Positions 38,306 through 50,975 of a stretch of DNA of 64,000 nt are shown in pieces. The translations under genes were made by a program, and so were the position numbers. Position 1 is the first letter of the stretch. Every line of letters starts with the position of its first letter. Origin of the DNA: Vicugna vicugna. Taxonomy: Eukaryota. The notes below the pieces were generated by a model. The model was not told the DNA's origin and did not search any database. It worked only from the letters and a program-made list of their open reading frames with translations. The stretch lies in assembly GCA_013265495.1 (NCBI GenBank), contig MU058781.1:8289009-8353008 (forward strand), read 5' to 3'.

Positions 38306-38645
38306 GGGAACAGTAGCACAGTGGGCCTTGGTGAGCTGGAGCCCATGCTGCTGGTCACACGCCTAGCCACCATCTTTGCTACTGTGGCCACTCCACTGCT
38401 GTGCCCAGTTCCAGGATGGCCAATGACAGAAGGCCGCTAATGTCAACTGGCCAGAATCATCTTGCCTACTTGGTTGTTTAGCGCATCTCCGATGACTGAT
38501 ACATTCTGATGGGTATTGACGTGATACCAAAATCTTCATATTTTGTGCCCATTTTTTTATGCCCAGCCATATGCCTCTAATCCAGACCACCTTCTTGCCA
38601 AATTTCCAGTCCTTTTCTTTCCAAGCTCCATCGCCATCTCTCTTA
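38306..38645 (-). mobile_element. ERVL/MaLR pol fragment (RNase H region)
   Basis: Peptide WKEKDWKFGKKVVWIRGIWLGIKKWAQNMKILVS resembles the recalled ERVL pol motif WK..DWKIGDKEVWGRGMW.D..EW..VKIFVS. Confidence 0.75.
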
Positions 38646-38805
38646 AGTAAGTAAAGTAAATGTAAAACTTCCAAAGATAATTATGAAGTGAGGGGCTTTG
38701 AAAAGAGCATAACCTGTAGCATCTGGGCATACTTGGGTTCAAATCCTGGCTCTTCCATTTACTAAGTGACTTCCGTCAAGTTATTTAAACCTCCTAGCCT
38801 GTTTT

Positions 38806-39552
38806 ATTCCTTTTTTTAAACTGAAGTATGATTGATTTACAATATTGTGTTCATTTCAGGTGTACAGCAAAGTGACTCAGTTATATATTTTTTCAGATTA
38901 TTTTCCAAGTTATTACAAGGTATTGAATATGTAGTAAATTGTGCTATGTAGTAAATCCTTGTTGCTCATCTGTTTTAGTTATAGTAGTTTGTACCTGCTA
39001 ATCCCATACTCCTAATTTATCCCTCCCCTTTCCTTTCCCCACTTGTAACCATAGATTTTTTCTACATCTGTGAGTGTATTTCTGTTTTGTAAATAATTTC
39101 ATTTGTATTAAGTTCTAGATTCCACATATAAGTGATATCATGTAATATTTGTCTTTCTCTGACTGACTTTACTTAGTATGACAATCTCTAGGTTCATCTA
39201 TGTTGCTGCAAATGGCAATATTTCATTCTTTTTTGTGGCTGAGTAATATTCCATTATATATATTGGAATATAGACAATTATATATATGTATACATGTATA
39301 TATGTATAGAATGGAATACACACACACACATACAACACCTTCTTCAACCAACCATCTGATGATGGACATTTAGGTTGCTTCTATGTCTTGGCTGTTGTAA
39401 ATAGTGCTGCTATAAACATTAGGGAGCATGTGTTGTTTTGAATTAGAGTTTTCATCTTTTCTGGATATAGCTCAGGAGTGGGATTGCTGAATCATATGGT
39501 TGCTCTATTTTTTGTTTTTTAAGAACACTCCATACTGTTTTCTGTAGTGTTG
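38806..39552 (-). mobile_element. L1 3' end inserted into a MIR (MIR ~38690-38805 and ~39563-39660)
   Basis: Antisense L1 3' UTR/ORF2; TSD agcctgtttt at 38796-38805 / 39553-39562. Confidence 0.88.
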
Positions 39553-40946
39553 AGCCTGTTTTCTTATGATTAAAAAAGTGAAACTCCCTATCTTAAAGAA
39601 TGGTTTGAGAATCAAACAAGATAACGCACGCAAAGAAATGCTGACCACAGTAACCGTCTCATGAAAAGCACTCAGTCTACCACACTGGGTAGTAAGAACA
39701 GCCCTCATCTCTTTTACAAATTTCCCTGAAACTATATCTGATAGCTATAAGGGACCCCAAGGCTAGCACGTAATAAACTGTACTTGGCAGTGTTGTCAAA
39801 TCAAAAAATGCTAGTGGGATATTTGGACATTTTCTAAACTGCTTTCCCATAACCACCATCCTTTTTGGTAAAGCTTTCTGCAGCTCAATCTCCTGCCTTC
39901 TCATCAAAAGCATACTACGAGACAGAGGAGGACAAGCTATTAGCAAAAGATGGTCAGATATCCTAGTTGGATACCATACATTTGGCCCTTCTTCCCTGAA
40001 TCTCTGAAAACCTAAAATTGATGGGGAAAATATATGAGAGGTTCCTCCTAGCTTTGTGGGTAGGACACCTTTCTTAGACTCTTGGAAAAGACATTCTTGA
40101 GTCCTCCAATAGCCAAATCACCTCAGAAGGCATCTAGCCAATGCCTACTGGTAAGGGAAACTGTACTGAAGGAAGATGACTCAGAGCCCCTGCCATGCAC
40201 GATGCCATCAACAAGACATCAACAAGCTTTGGGGATGCTAAAGACGGGAGAAATTCTTGCCTCCAAATTTCCTGATCCTCTACCAGTCACTTTCCCTATC
40301 TCCATTAATTGGTTGGAAGTCCTAGTCACTCTACACTGTCATTTTCGTGGTGTCACTTCCCCAGCGGTAAATCAAAACACTGATATAGGAGTGGCTCTGC
40401 AGAATGATTTGAGGACTTATAAAAATGATCAAGGCTTCATAAAGCTTGCGTACAGGTGTTTTATGATGAGGCATTTCAAACAGACAATAAAGAGGGGAGA
40501 ACAAATTCACAGCCTCTTAGTCACCACCGTCCAGATTGCTCTCATTTTCCCCGTGTTTGCTTCAGATGTTTTTAAGGAAATAAAACGTCACACACGTGGC
40601 TGGAGCCCTCTTTATAGCTCTTTTGGAAGTTACAGTTTTTGTTACTATTCTTTACACTTTATAAATACCACCTTGTGAGCACGGTAGTAATAAATCTGAG
40701 AACAGTCTTTAAAGGCAAAGTGAACTTTTTCTCCGCCTACTGCGACAGGCTTTCATTTACCAGTTTCAGGGTATGTTTTCCTTCTCATTTGTAGGGCCAT
40801 TTAAAAAAACTTTTTTCAGAGGGTCTCAAACTCAGAATTAGGATGCCTTGTGCTATTAGGTTGTGAACCAAAAACAGATCTAAATATGCTTTGAAATTTT
40901 TACCTGCTTTCAATCTAAGTTATCAAAGTTTAAAATTCTCAAAGAG

Positions 40947-41103
40947 GTGGAGAGGGAATAGCTTAGTGGTAGAGCGCATGCCTAGCACGCACAAGGTCCT
41001 GGGTTCAGTCCCCAGTACTTCCATTAAGAAAAAAAAAGAAGATAAATAACTAAATAAAAATCTAATTATCTCCTCCCCCCAAAACAACAACAAAAAATAA
41101 AAT
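40947..41103 (+). mobile_element. tRNA-derived SINE (Vic-1-like)
   Basis: atagcttagtggtagagcgcatgcctagcacgcacaaggtcctgggttcagtcccc, then A-rich tail. Confidence 0.85.
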
Positions 41104-44100
41104 AAAATGCCCAAAGGGATCATGAAAAGCTTGTATAATTTCACAAGTGAAGGTATTTGATTTTATATTTTATTGCCCTCATAGACTAGCCACTTAGAAT
41201 CACAAAAATCCCTCCAAAAATAACTGATTGTTTCTTGCCCAAGTGACTCTCTTTCTATTCAACTGACTTTTTACTTATTTCCATCAAAATTGGAAAGTTT
41301 ACTTACGTACCAATTCATTCAAATTTACATAACTCAGAGCAAGAGCCCAGCAAATGTCATAAATTATGTATTTTTAGTCATTACCTATATTTTAGTTAGC
41401 ATCTAGATTTTTACATTCTAGAAGACTCAGCTGTCTAGAAGTTTAGAAGCTTTTTTGTTATTTTCCAAGGACCCATATGGAAAATCCAGACTTCCTCACC
41501 TTCCCCTTAAGTTCCTTAATTCAAATTATTCTTTGATGAAGTCTTTATACCTGTTCTTCTGGAAGGAAACCTCCCTCTTTCCTCATCGAGAGGAACTGTT
41601 TTCAAAGAGCAAAACAACTCATAATCTTCCCAAGATATCCTTCCCTGAGAAGTCCTTAAACCTTCTCAACCATACAGAAGTATCTTCTTTTCCTCCCAGA
41701 CGGGAAGTCCTGTAAGACTTCCCACCACTTTTAATTCGTTATTCCATTCCACCTAGTACTAACGCTATTTGTGAACGAGTCCTATAGTCCCTTGCAGACA
41801 TTGGCTATCGCAAGGGATGGGCCTGCTTGTTACCCATTCCTTTTCTCTTCCATAGCACCTAACTCAGTGCTTTACCCAGAGAATAATGAACAAAAGAATG
41901 AATGACCAAATAAACAAACATGTCAGTTTGGGGACAGCATCTCATTCATCCCCGTTCAGTCTTGGTTACATAAGAAAAGATGCCAAACAGTAAGAACATG
42001 CTCCCTGGCTGCATCGTGCAGGTTAAGTGGTGCCCAAGTTTGGGAAGAATGTGACCTTGGGGATCGGATTCTTGCCTTTTCTAATCCTAACTCTGCCACT
42101 AGCCAGTCAGGAAACCACTGATTAAATGACATTTTTCTCTTAGACTTGCCTTCCCTTTCTCTAAAGCAAGGAGAGTAATACCTATCTTGCAACAGTATCT
42201 GAATATCAAGTAATAGAGCAGGAGAGAGCTATGCCTTGCTCTCACAATAAAGAAACAGTAACTATATGTGAAGGTGCCTGGAGAGGGTGCTTGCTTTGGA
42301 AAGATGGAAGGTCCAGGCTCCGGATCTGGCTCTGCCACAGGCTGACAGGCTGTGCAACCCCCAGGAAGTCATTCACCCTCTCTGGGACTTGGTTTACTCA
42401 TTAGTGAAATGGAAAAGTGGTATGCGTGATATTTGAAGCCTCTCCCAGCTCTGCGATTTAGAAAACAAATGTTTAATGTATCAACTCATTATCACAGTAT
42501 GTCTGGGTTGTCTCTTTTTCAAAACAATATCACAGTTGACAAATTCATAGTAACTACTACTTCTAAATTTTGTTTCCCACATGAGAAAAATAAGAAACCA
42601 GCTTTAAAAAAAAAACCTATGCATCTTTCAGAAGAGTATTTAACTGCCTTTATATATGACACCATCCATTGAGAGTATTTTTGCTTCAACATATTTTTGC
42701 TGAATGAAGGAATGAATAATGCTTTGGTGGGTGTTTGCCAAAAGTTCCAGGAATAATCATTCATTTCTCTACCAGGCTTGATTCTTTATAAACAGATAGA
42801 TTAGCTTTTTTTGTTTTCCTCCTCAAATTGGCTTTGAGTCACTGATATGATTCACAACTTTCAAAAACAGGTTGAACCTGAAATTACCCTGGCAGGAAAT
42901 GAGCTAAGGAACACAGTTCAGGTGAAAAGGAGATGACCCCCACCAGAAAAAAAGGTCATTCTTCTTTTCATTTTCTGGTTCCCAATGTGCAATGAGGAAA
43001 TGTCAACACATAGCTTTATTCTCATCTCTCTGATCACATTGGTTGAAATAGTAAAAAATCAAATGTGAGGTACAGAGCAATTAAATCACCAGGATCCAAA
43101 GGCGCATTTTTTCAAGTGTGGCCGGCTTTCCCCCTCCACCCCTAGATGAGTCACTCAACAGGAGATAAGCAGAGGAAGATGGATTGAACTCTGTGGGAGA
43201 AAAAGCACATACCAGCTCAGGTCTTGACCCACAAAGAAATCAGTGATGCCACATGGGATGATCCAGATGGCAAGAGCTAGGAGATGACCACCAGAGAGGG
43301 GTGAAGGTGGCCCAGCACAACTCGCCCTGCTGGTGTCCTTTGAAAGGGGAGCGATGACAGAGAGCATGCAGCACGGGCATCGTTGGGGAGGGGGACTGGG
43401 TGACGTGAGGAGCCGATGCATTTGCTTGTTCAGAGAGTCTGCCATGTTTGAAGAAGCATCCTCGAGGGTAAGAGGATGGTTTCAGTTCCCTGCTTTCAAC
43501 AGCCTCTCTGCAACTCAAACTTCCAGTAATATCTGGAAGCTGCTTTTCCTTCTCCTGGCCTATTCTCCTAGTGTTTGTCCAGAAGCTTATAAAAGCAATT
43601 ATTTTAGGGAAATAAGCAAGACACTGTTAAATAGGAATGGGGTGGTTTCAGCACTTAGGTGCCAGGAAGTGAGCTGGTAGCCATGGTAGGATGTGGGCAG
43701 GACAGGCTGCTGCCCTGGACCCCACGTTTCAGAGCTCAGTCCTGCTCTTCTCTGCCCACGTGCTCCGTTCATGGCCAAAAGGACACATCACTCTGGAGCG
43801 TACGACCTCTCTCTAGATCATGCTTCAGGTACCCAAGACCTTGGAATTCCCTTCCCAAATGACCCTGAGGCCTCCTCCAGGGTCTGCATTGGTCTCTTCT
43901 CCAGGTCTGGCCCAAGGGCAGACAGAAAACATCTAGAACACGCACTCCTAGCACAACAGGTAGCCACGGACGGCTGTTGGGGAGGTGGTAGGAGGTAGAC
44001 AGAACTTGGATGCAAGACGAGGGTGTCCACGTGTGCCATGTACCACAAGGCCCTCACAGTACAGGATGGAGCTGGTGATGAGAAGAGAAGAGGGGTGGGC

Positions 44101-47100
44101 TGAGTGCTGCAGACACACACCACCAAGTGGTCGAAGAATTCTAAACTTACCTTGACTTCTGATCATGAAAATACATCCATCAAGATAGGAGGATAGAACA
44201 TACTTTGTTTAGCAAGTTGTTGGCTTAGTTTATGACTTTTACACCTATGCTATGTGCACCCCCACATGTACTCTTGCCTGGGCCCTGCAGATGTTGGAAG
44301 TGGGGTGAGGACACCACACATTTCAGTCTAAGCTTGGTTACTTACTGCATTTATGATGACGAGAGTGATTTGAATTTGGTCAGTAGTGAAGGATTATTTC
44401 TTTGATACATATCAATTTTTCATTCTGTTAAAGAGATTGTTATGTTCTATATCCTGAAGCAATTTTTAACTTAACGTCAGTAATTCAAGGCAACACCAGA
44501 AGACAGACTATAGATTTCAGTGTAAAGAAAAATGAAGGTGTCAGCTCGGATTATGGTTTCAAGAAACTTCCAGTGACAGCTGCTCATTTTATTTAAATTT
44601 CTAGACACCTTTTCCCTAATCGTCATCACAGAAGGACTTTGTGAGATCGGAGTAGTGAGCAAGTTAATGAACTTTCTGTATTTTGGTTTGTTTTAGAGAC
44701 AGCACTATCAAAATGTTTATTCATCTTTAACTCTAAAAAAAAAAACAGTTCAGTAAATCTCGAAGCTTGTACCGGTGATTACTACAGTAACTACCTTGGG
44801 TGCCACGCTCACTTGCCTTGCTGTTCTACAAATCATAAAAATACCAAGTAGGCACCAAAGCCTTGTTAAACGCAGCCTGACACGGTACAGAACTCCGTTG
44901 TGTGGTTTGGGCTTAGCTGCCAGGGAACCTCATTATCAAAGGATCTTGCCTGTGCTCTGGTCCTAACAGCAGTTTGGGGACCAGCATCGCTGTAAACTGC
45001 CAATTACCATGAATCCAGATGTTTTGAAAGTCTCTGTCAGAAGAGGACAGGATATTTTTCACCTTCTTGGCTTCATCACCATATTATTGGGGCTTTGTAT
45101 AGTTAACAAATGACTTGGAATAGCTACTAAATTCCATTGTCTTACTGGTTTGGTCAGTGTAGTGGTAAGAGAATGTTCTGAAGAGAATATAAGTTCACTC
45201 ACCATGCAGATGAAACCCAACCCTAAAAGGATAATTGCCTTTACAGTGACAAAGGTCCATAGCCCAATCTCAAGTCTTTGGGAGAAGGGGACAGAGCCTC
45301 CCTTGTTTCCCCACTTCCAGAGGAGCACATGGTCCCCAGGGAAGTCCTTTTACGAATGCCAGGTATTGATCAAGCTGCTCTCCTTGGCCCTCAGGTACCA
45401 TGTTGCTTTCACTCGCTCTGTAGCCTCTCTTGGCTGCTAATCGCCTTGCCTTGTTGGTACAACACCACGCTGGCATTTACCTCCTGGCTGCAGGCACACA
45501 GGCACAGCTAGTACTGTAGACATTCCCCTGCTGGTGACATTCCTCACCTTGAGCCCTGGCCACCATCACTGATTCCACCACTGCTGGCTCTGCTGGATCT
45601 CTAACCATTTGTTTGAAAAATAAACTTTTGGGGGGTCATAAAATGAGAAAGACACTTGCTCTGGGTGGAGGCCCAGAAAGACACAGGACAGCCTCCGAGC
45701 CCCACTGAGCATCCTACAGGGAGAGTCTGGATGGCTCTAGTGAGCAAACGATGCCCAATGGAAAGTAACTCCACAGACCTCATGGTCTGTAAAGGGCATG
45801 GACCATATCGTGAAAAGTGTCCTTATATAGTGGGTTGTCTTTATGGTTTTATTCTGAATGACTGTGACCACTAAGCTTTCCTATTCGAGGCTTGTTCAAA
45901 GGGTTTTACATATAGCATGTCATTCAGTCCTATTTAGAATCCCACAGAGTTGGTGCTATTATTATTCTCAGTTTATAAACAAGGAACCTGATACACAGAA
46001 AGATCGCTTGGCCAGTAAGTGGTGGAGGGAGTAGCCACTGGAATCTAGTCAGTTTGATGACACGTATTCACACGTCCCCCCAGGGTGGGGCTCTTACAGC
46101 AACCATCCAGCTATCCTCCTCTGAGGGGTGCTAGGAATGACCAAGGTGGTGACTCTCAGGGGCCCACTGTAAGGGCTGTCCCACCCAAACAAACGTGCCA
46201 GAGACCATACCTGTGCTAAGTCACCACCCAGCACAGAAGCTGCCCACTCTGGCCCAAAGAATGGAACATGACCCAGGCCGGGTCCACAGAGCCCGCCCCC
46301 AGTCACGGCAGAGTCCCATGGTCCAAGAGGTGGACAGTCCAGGTCCTTCCCTAGGACCTTTCCAACAGAAATTCGAGATGAACAGACGCCTCTGGCTGCA
46401 AATCCGTCAGGATGTGATTTTGACAGTTGCTGAAGGGCACTTTCCCTGCTGGGCAGAGAATGTCCATCTCTATTAACAGAGAAGGAAGCTTAAGCGTAAC
46501 AAGTAAGAGAGAAAGAAGAGTGAGAGAGAGTGCTAACAACATCGGGGTTCCTGGTTCCAGTCCTTGTGACCGCAGAAGGGCTCTAGGTCCTGCTGATGAT
46601 CCTTTGAGCTACCTCTGTGTTCTTCAGATAAATCACTCTTCTGGCTTAACCTACTTTGCGGTGGTTTTCTGTCACTTGCTGCTCAAAGTGCCCTGGCTGA
46701 AGACTCTTCTCTCATGCTGCACCCCTGTCATCCCGCCCTGCTTCTCGTTCAGCTGCGGAGGTGCTTCTGAATCCCACGTGGACCACATGCCGCTCGAGTC
46801 CACCTCCTGTGCTGATTCGCATCTGTCCACACCACCCCATCTACATTCTGCTACATTCTGATCCATGCATAGGAGGTTTTGGTCATTTATGCCTACAGTT
46901 CTCCAAGTTTTGCTTTCAGGCACACGTGTATAATATTTATATTGCCATCTCATATTGCCGTCTTTCTAGATATTCCCATTTTAATTGCCATCGCACAAAT
47001 CGAAAAAAAAATGTGAAAGTGCTCGAAAATTTGGATGATTTCTCTTTCCAGTGATGAAAAGATTTAATCCTTGTCTTTAAGCTGAAAATGAGTAATGTAT

Positions 47101-47568
47101 AGGTAAAGCATAGGCTGGAAATTTTCTTCCTAGAAGTCTGTCCCTCTCTGATTGATAGTCTCTGGTTACGACGGTGGGGTTATAAATTGGCTACATCCTG
47201 GAGTTTTGTTATTTAACTATTTCACCTTTACCATGTGTGAGTCACAATATGACTACATGTTTTGCCTGCAGTACAGCTGATTAACAGATAAGCAGCTCTT
47301 CCCTCCCTCAGTTTCTACTCTAGTAGACCACACTGTCTCTAAATATATACACAAAGACTGAAGAACTGGAAAGTTTAAATTGCTGAGTCAAAGACAAGAA
47401 CCAAGAAGAGTTGAGATTTAACTCATTTGTATTATTTCTTCCTGTAGTTTTGAACTAAGAGCTAAATCTTGGATTCCAGCCATCTCATTTGGTTCTGACT
47501 TTTTTTGGATGGCTTTGTACATGATAAACCAACAGAAGTCTTTTCCTGACATGGACCAGGTCTCTTTA

Positions 47569-48758
47569 TTTATTTATTTTATTGAAGTCTAGTCAGTTTA
47601 CAATGCTGCGTCAATTTTTGGTGTATAGCATAGTGTCTCAGTTTTATATATATAATATATATATATATATAAACACACATATTCCTTTTCATTATAGGTT
47701 ATTACAAGATATTGAAAATAGTTCCCAGTAGAAATTTGTTGTTTATCTATTTTTATATATAGTAGTTAGTATCTGTAAATCATGAACTCTCAGTTTATCC
47801 CTTCCCACTCCCTTTTCCCCCTGGTAATCATAAGTTTGTTTTCTATGTCTGTGAGTCTGGTTCTATTTTGTAAATAAGTTCATTTGTGTCTTTTTTTTTT
47901 TAATTTCACATATAAGAGATACCGTATGGTATTTTTCATTCTCTTTCTGGTTGACTTCCCTTAGAATGATGATCTCCAGATTCATCCATGTTGCTGCAAA
48001 TGGCATTATTTTATTTTTATGGCTGAATAGTATTCCATTGTATAAATATACTACAACTTCTTTTCTTAACATTTTTTATTGATTTATAATCATTTTACAA
48101 TGTTGTGTCAAATTCCAGTGTACAGCACAATTTTTCAGTATACATGAACATATATATATTCATTGTCACATTTTTTTCTCTGTGAGCTACCATAAGATCT
48201 TGTACATATTTCCCTGTGCTATACAGTATAATCTTGTTTATCTACTCTACATTTTGAAATCTCACTCTATCCTTTCCCATCCCCCAACCCTTTGGCAACC
48301 ACAAGTTTGTATTCTATGTCTATGAGTCTGTTTCTGTTTTGTATCTATGTATTTTTTTTATTCCACATATGAGCGATCTCATATGGTATTTTTCTTTCTC
48401 TTTCTGGCTTACTTCACTTAGAATGACATTCTCCAGGAGCATCCATGTTGCTGCAAATGGCATTATGTTGTAGGTTTTTATAGCTGAATAGTATTCCATT
48501 GTATAAACATACCACATCTTCTTTATCAAGTCATCTGTTGATGGACATTTAGGCTGTTTCCATGTCTTGGCTATTGTAAATAGTGCTGCTATGAACATTG
48601 GGGTGCAGGTGTCATTTTGGAGTAGGGTTCCTTCTGGATATATGCCCAGGAGTGGGATTCCTGGGTCATATGTATACCACAACTTCTTTATCCAGTCATC
48701 TGTCAATGGACATTTAGGTTGTTTCCATGTCTTGGCTGTTGTAAATGGTGCTGCTATA
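47569..48758 (-). mobile_element. L1 3' end containing a second, younger L1 (48064-48672)
   Basis: Outer TSD gacca(g/c)gtctcttta at 47554-47568 / 48759-48773; inner TSD tatac(t/c)acaacttcttt at 48047-48063 / 48673-48689. Confidence 0.92.
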
Positions 48759-49189
48759 GACCACGTCTCTTTAAGATCAGCTTCCAGCATTAAGATCAGC
48801 AAAGGAAGCTCCTGGTCCTTCCCTCTCCTGGTAGATCCGAGGACAAGCCCACTCACCAAAGCAATCTGAAAAGTGATTCTATTTCCTGGGTGATGCAAGA
48901 GAAGATCTCTTTTAATAGCTTAAGTAAGCTGTCAATCAAGAAGTCAATTGAGAGCCACCTTCTGAACATTCAGGGGAAACTAATGTCCAAGACAACAGAG
49001 GAGGCCAGTGCCAAGGGGCTCAGCTGCCCCAAGGGCTCTGAGTAAAACTGACAAACACAAGAAATTCATCTGCCCTCTTTTTTTATGACCTCTTCCTCAC
49101 TTTGTACCTACTCTTTTTCTAATAGAACCAGTGTTTTTATGCTGTCCCACCCATGCCGAGACCTGCTATTCCTTCTTTCCTACAAGGAC

Positions 49190-49890
49190 ACATTAATTTA
49201 CTCAGTAAATATATATTGGGCATCCATAACACAAATGTTAAGTGCTGGGGAGAAAAATTAACGAGGTTAAGGGAGAAAGAGAGTAGGGCTTTATGTGCTA
49301 TTTTTCTTGTTTGTTTTATCTGTATTACTTTAATTGTATTTTTAATTTCCTTTTTGGTCAAAGCAAGTCCTACTGAAAACATGCTATTTGGGCAGAGGCA
49401 CAGTAGAAGTGAGGGGGCCAAGCCATGCGGATATAGGACACCAGGGTAGGAAGGCTCAGCCCAAGGAAACCACAAATTCAGAGGCCCTGAGGCCAGAGAG
49501 TGCTTGGAATGCTGTAGAAGCTGTAGGAGTGGTGTGGCTGGGGTCACAGGAACACGAGAGGGAAGGGAGAAGAGGAGCAAGCAGGTCCTGAGGGCGGGGA
49601 TTGGGGGTGGTTCTCCACTGTGCGAGGTGGGGGCCGCTGGAGGGCTCTGAGCAGAAGCACCACGGGAGCCGAGTTACATTTCAGCAGAATCCCCGTGGCT
49701 GTTGTGTTGAGAAGAGACCCACGGGGGTGGCAGAGCAGAAGCGAGGAGATTCGCTGGAGGCTATTACACACTCCAGGCAGGAGATTATGCCTTTGAAGTC
49801 ATTTTGAAGATCTTGAAAAGTCATCAGACTTGGGTTTGTATTTTGAAGGTAGAGCCAACAGGATTGGCTGATGGAGAAGAAAATCATGCG
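49190..49890 (-). mobile_element. L2 fragments
   Basis: ggagggctctgagcag...attttgaaggtagagccaacaggattggctgatgg. Confidence 0.65.
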
Positions 49891-50654
49891 TGAATTAGTC
49901 TAATGTTTAGTGAATTAGACAATGGTTACTGTGATGGAGGTTCACAGCACACAGTGGAACCACAGAAGAATTTGTGCCTCTATCTGGCTGAAATGTAAGT
50001 TCTCTAATGAAATATAAATGCTATTCAACTCTGTCCTAAGCTCCTAGGAAAGGGCCAGGTATTTAAAAGATGCTCAATAAATGTATGTCAAATTGAATTC
50101 TGCTGGGGAGGTTGGTAAAGGCTTCACAGAGGAGAGGGTTTTAAGCTGAGACTCAGAGTAGTTTTCTAGGTGACAAGTGGCCTATAGGTTAAATTTACCA
50201 GCCATCCTGACACCTCTTCCCATACCCCAGGTAAAAGGACCTCTCCTTACTTAATATAAACTTGGGGAAGAGGAGGAGAATTTAAATCACAGATCTCCTA
50301 GATCTAAGATCTTCATAGCAGTCAGTACCCAAGATAGGTGTTAAGAGAATATGGGAGAATGCTTTTGTTTTGTTTTGTTTTGTCTTTTTGGTTTTTTGGT
50401 AAGTCTTTTTTAAATTGTAGTATAGTCAGTTTACAAAGTCGTGTCAATTTCTGGTGTACAGCAGAAGAAGAGAATTTTTTATTTCAGGGTTAGAAAGATG
50501 TCCATATAAAATTCAAAAGCATAAACCATTAAAGAAAAGCTTGGTTAATATCTTGGGTATATTAAACAAAGTGGCATGACATAGAAGGGGAAAAGGTATT
50601 TACAATATAACTGAAAATGGATTTATAAAGATGTCTAATAAATCAATAAGAAAA

Positions 50655-50975
50655 AAGAAAAAAGAGACACTAATGAACTTATCTACAAAACAGAAACAAA
50701 CCCACAGACATAGTAAGCAAACTATGGTTACAGGGGGGTGGGGAAGAGGGTGGGAAGGGATAAATTGGGAATTTGAGATTTGCAAATATTAATACTATAT
50801 ATAAAATAGATAAAAAACAAATTTCTTCTGTCTACTCAGTATCTTGTAGTAACGTATAATGAAAAAGAATATGAAAAGGAATATATGTATGTATACGTAT
50901 GAATGAAACATTATGCTGTACATCAGAAATCGACACATTGTAACTGACTATACTTCAATAAAATTAATTAAAAAA
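50655..50975 (+). mobile_element. Young L1 3' UTR end within older L1 debris
   Basis: gacactaatgaacttatctacaaaacagaaac...ctatacttcaataaaa. Confidence 0.85.

Noticed and set aside
40082..40678. 198-aa ORF
   Set aside because: TTG start, no recognisable domain, and no exon or retrocopy hallmarks.
48320..48898. 192-aa ORF as a gene
   Set aside because: Chimera of two nested L1 ORF2 ends plus flank.
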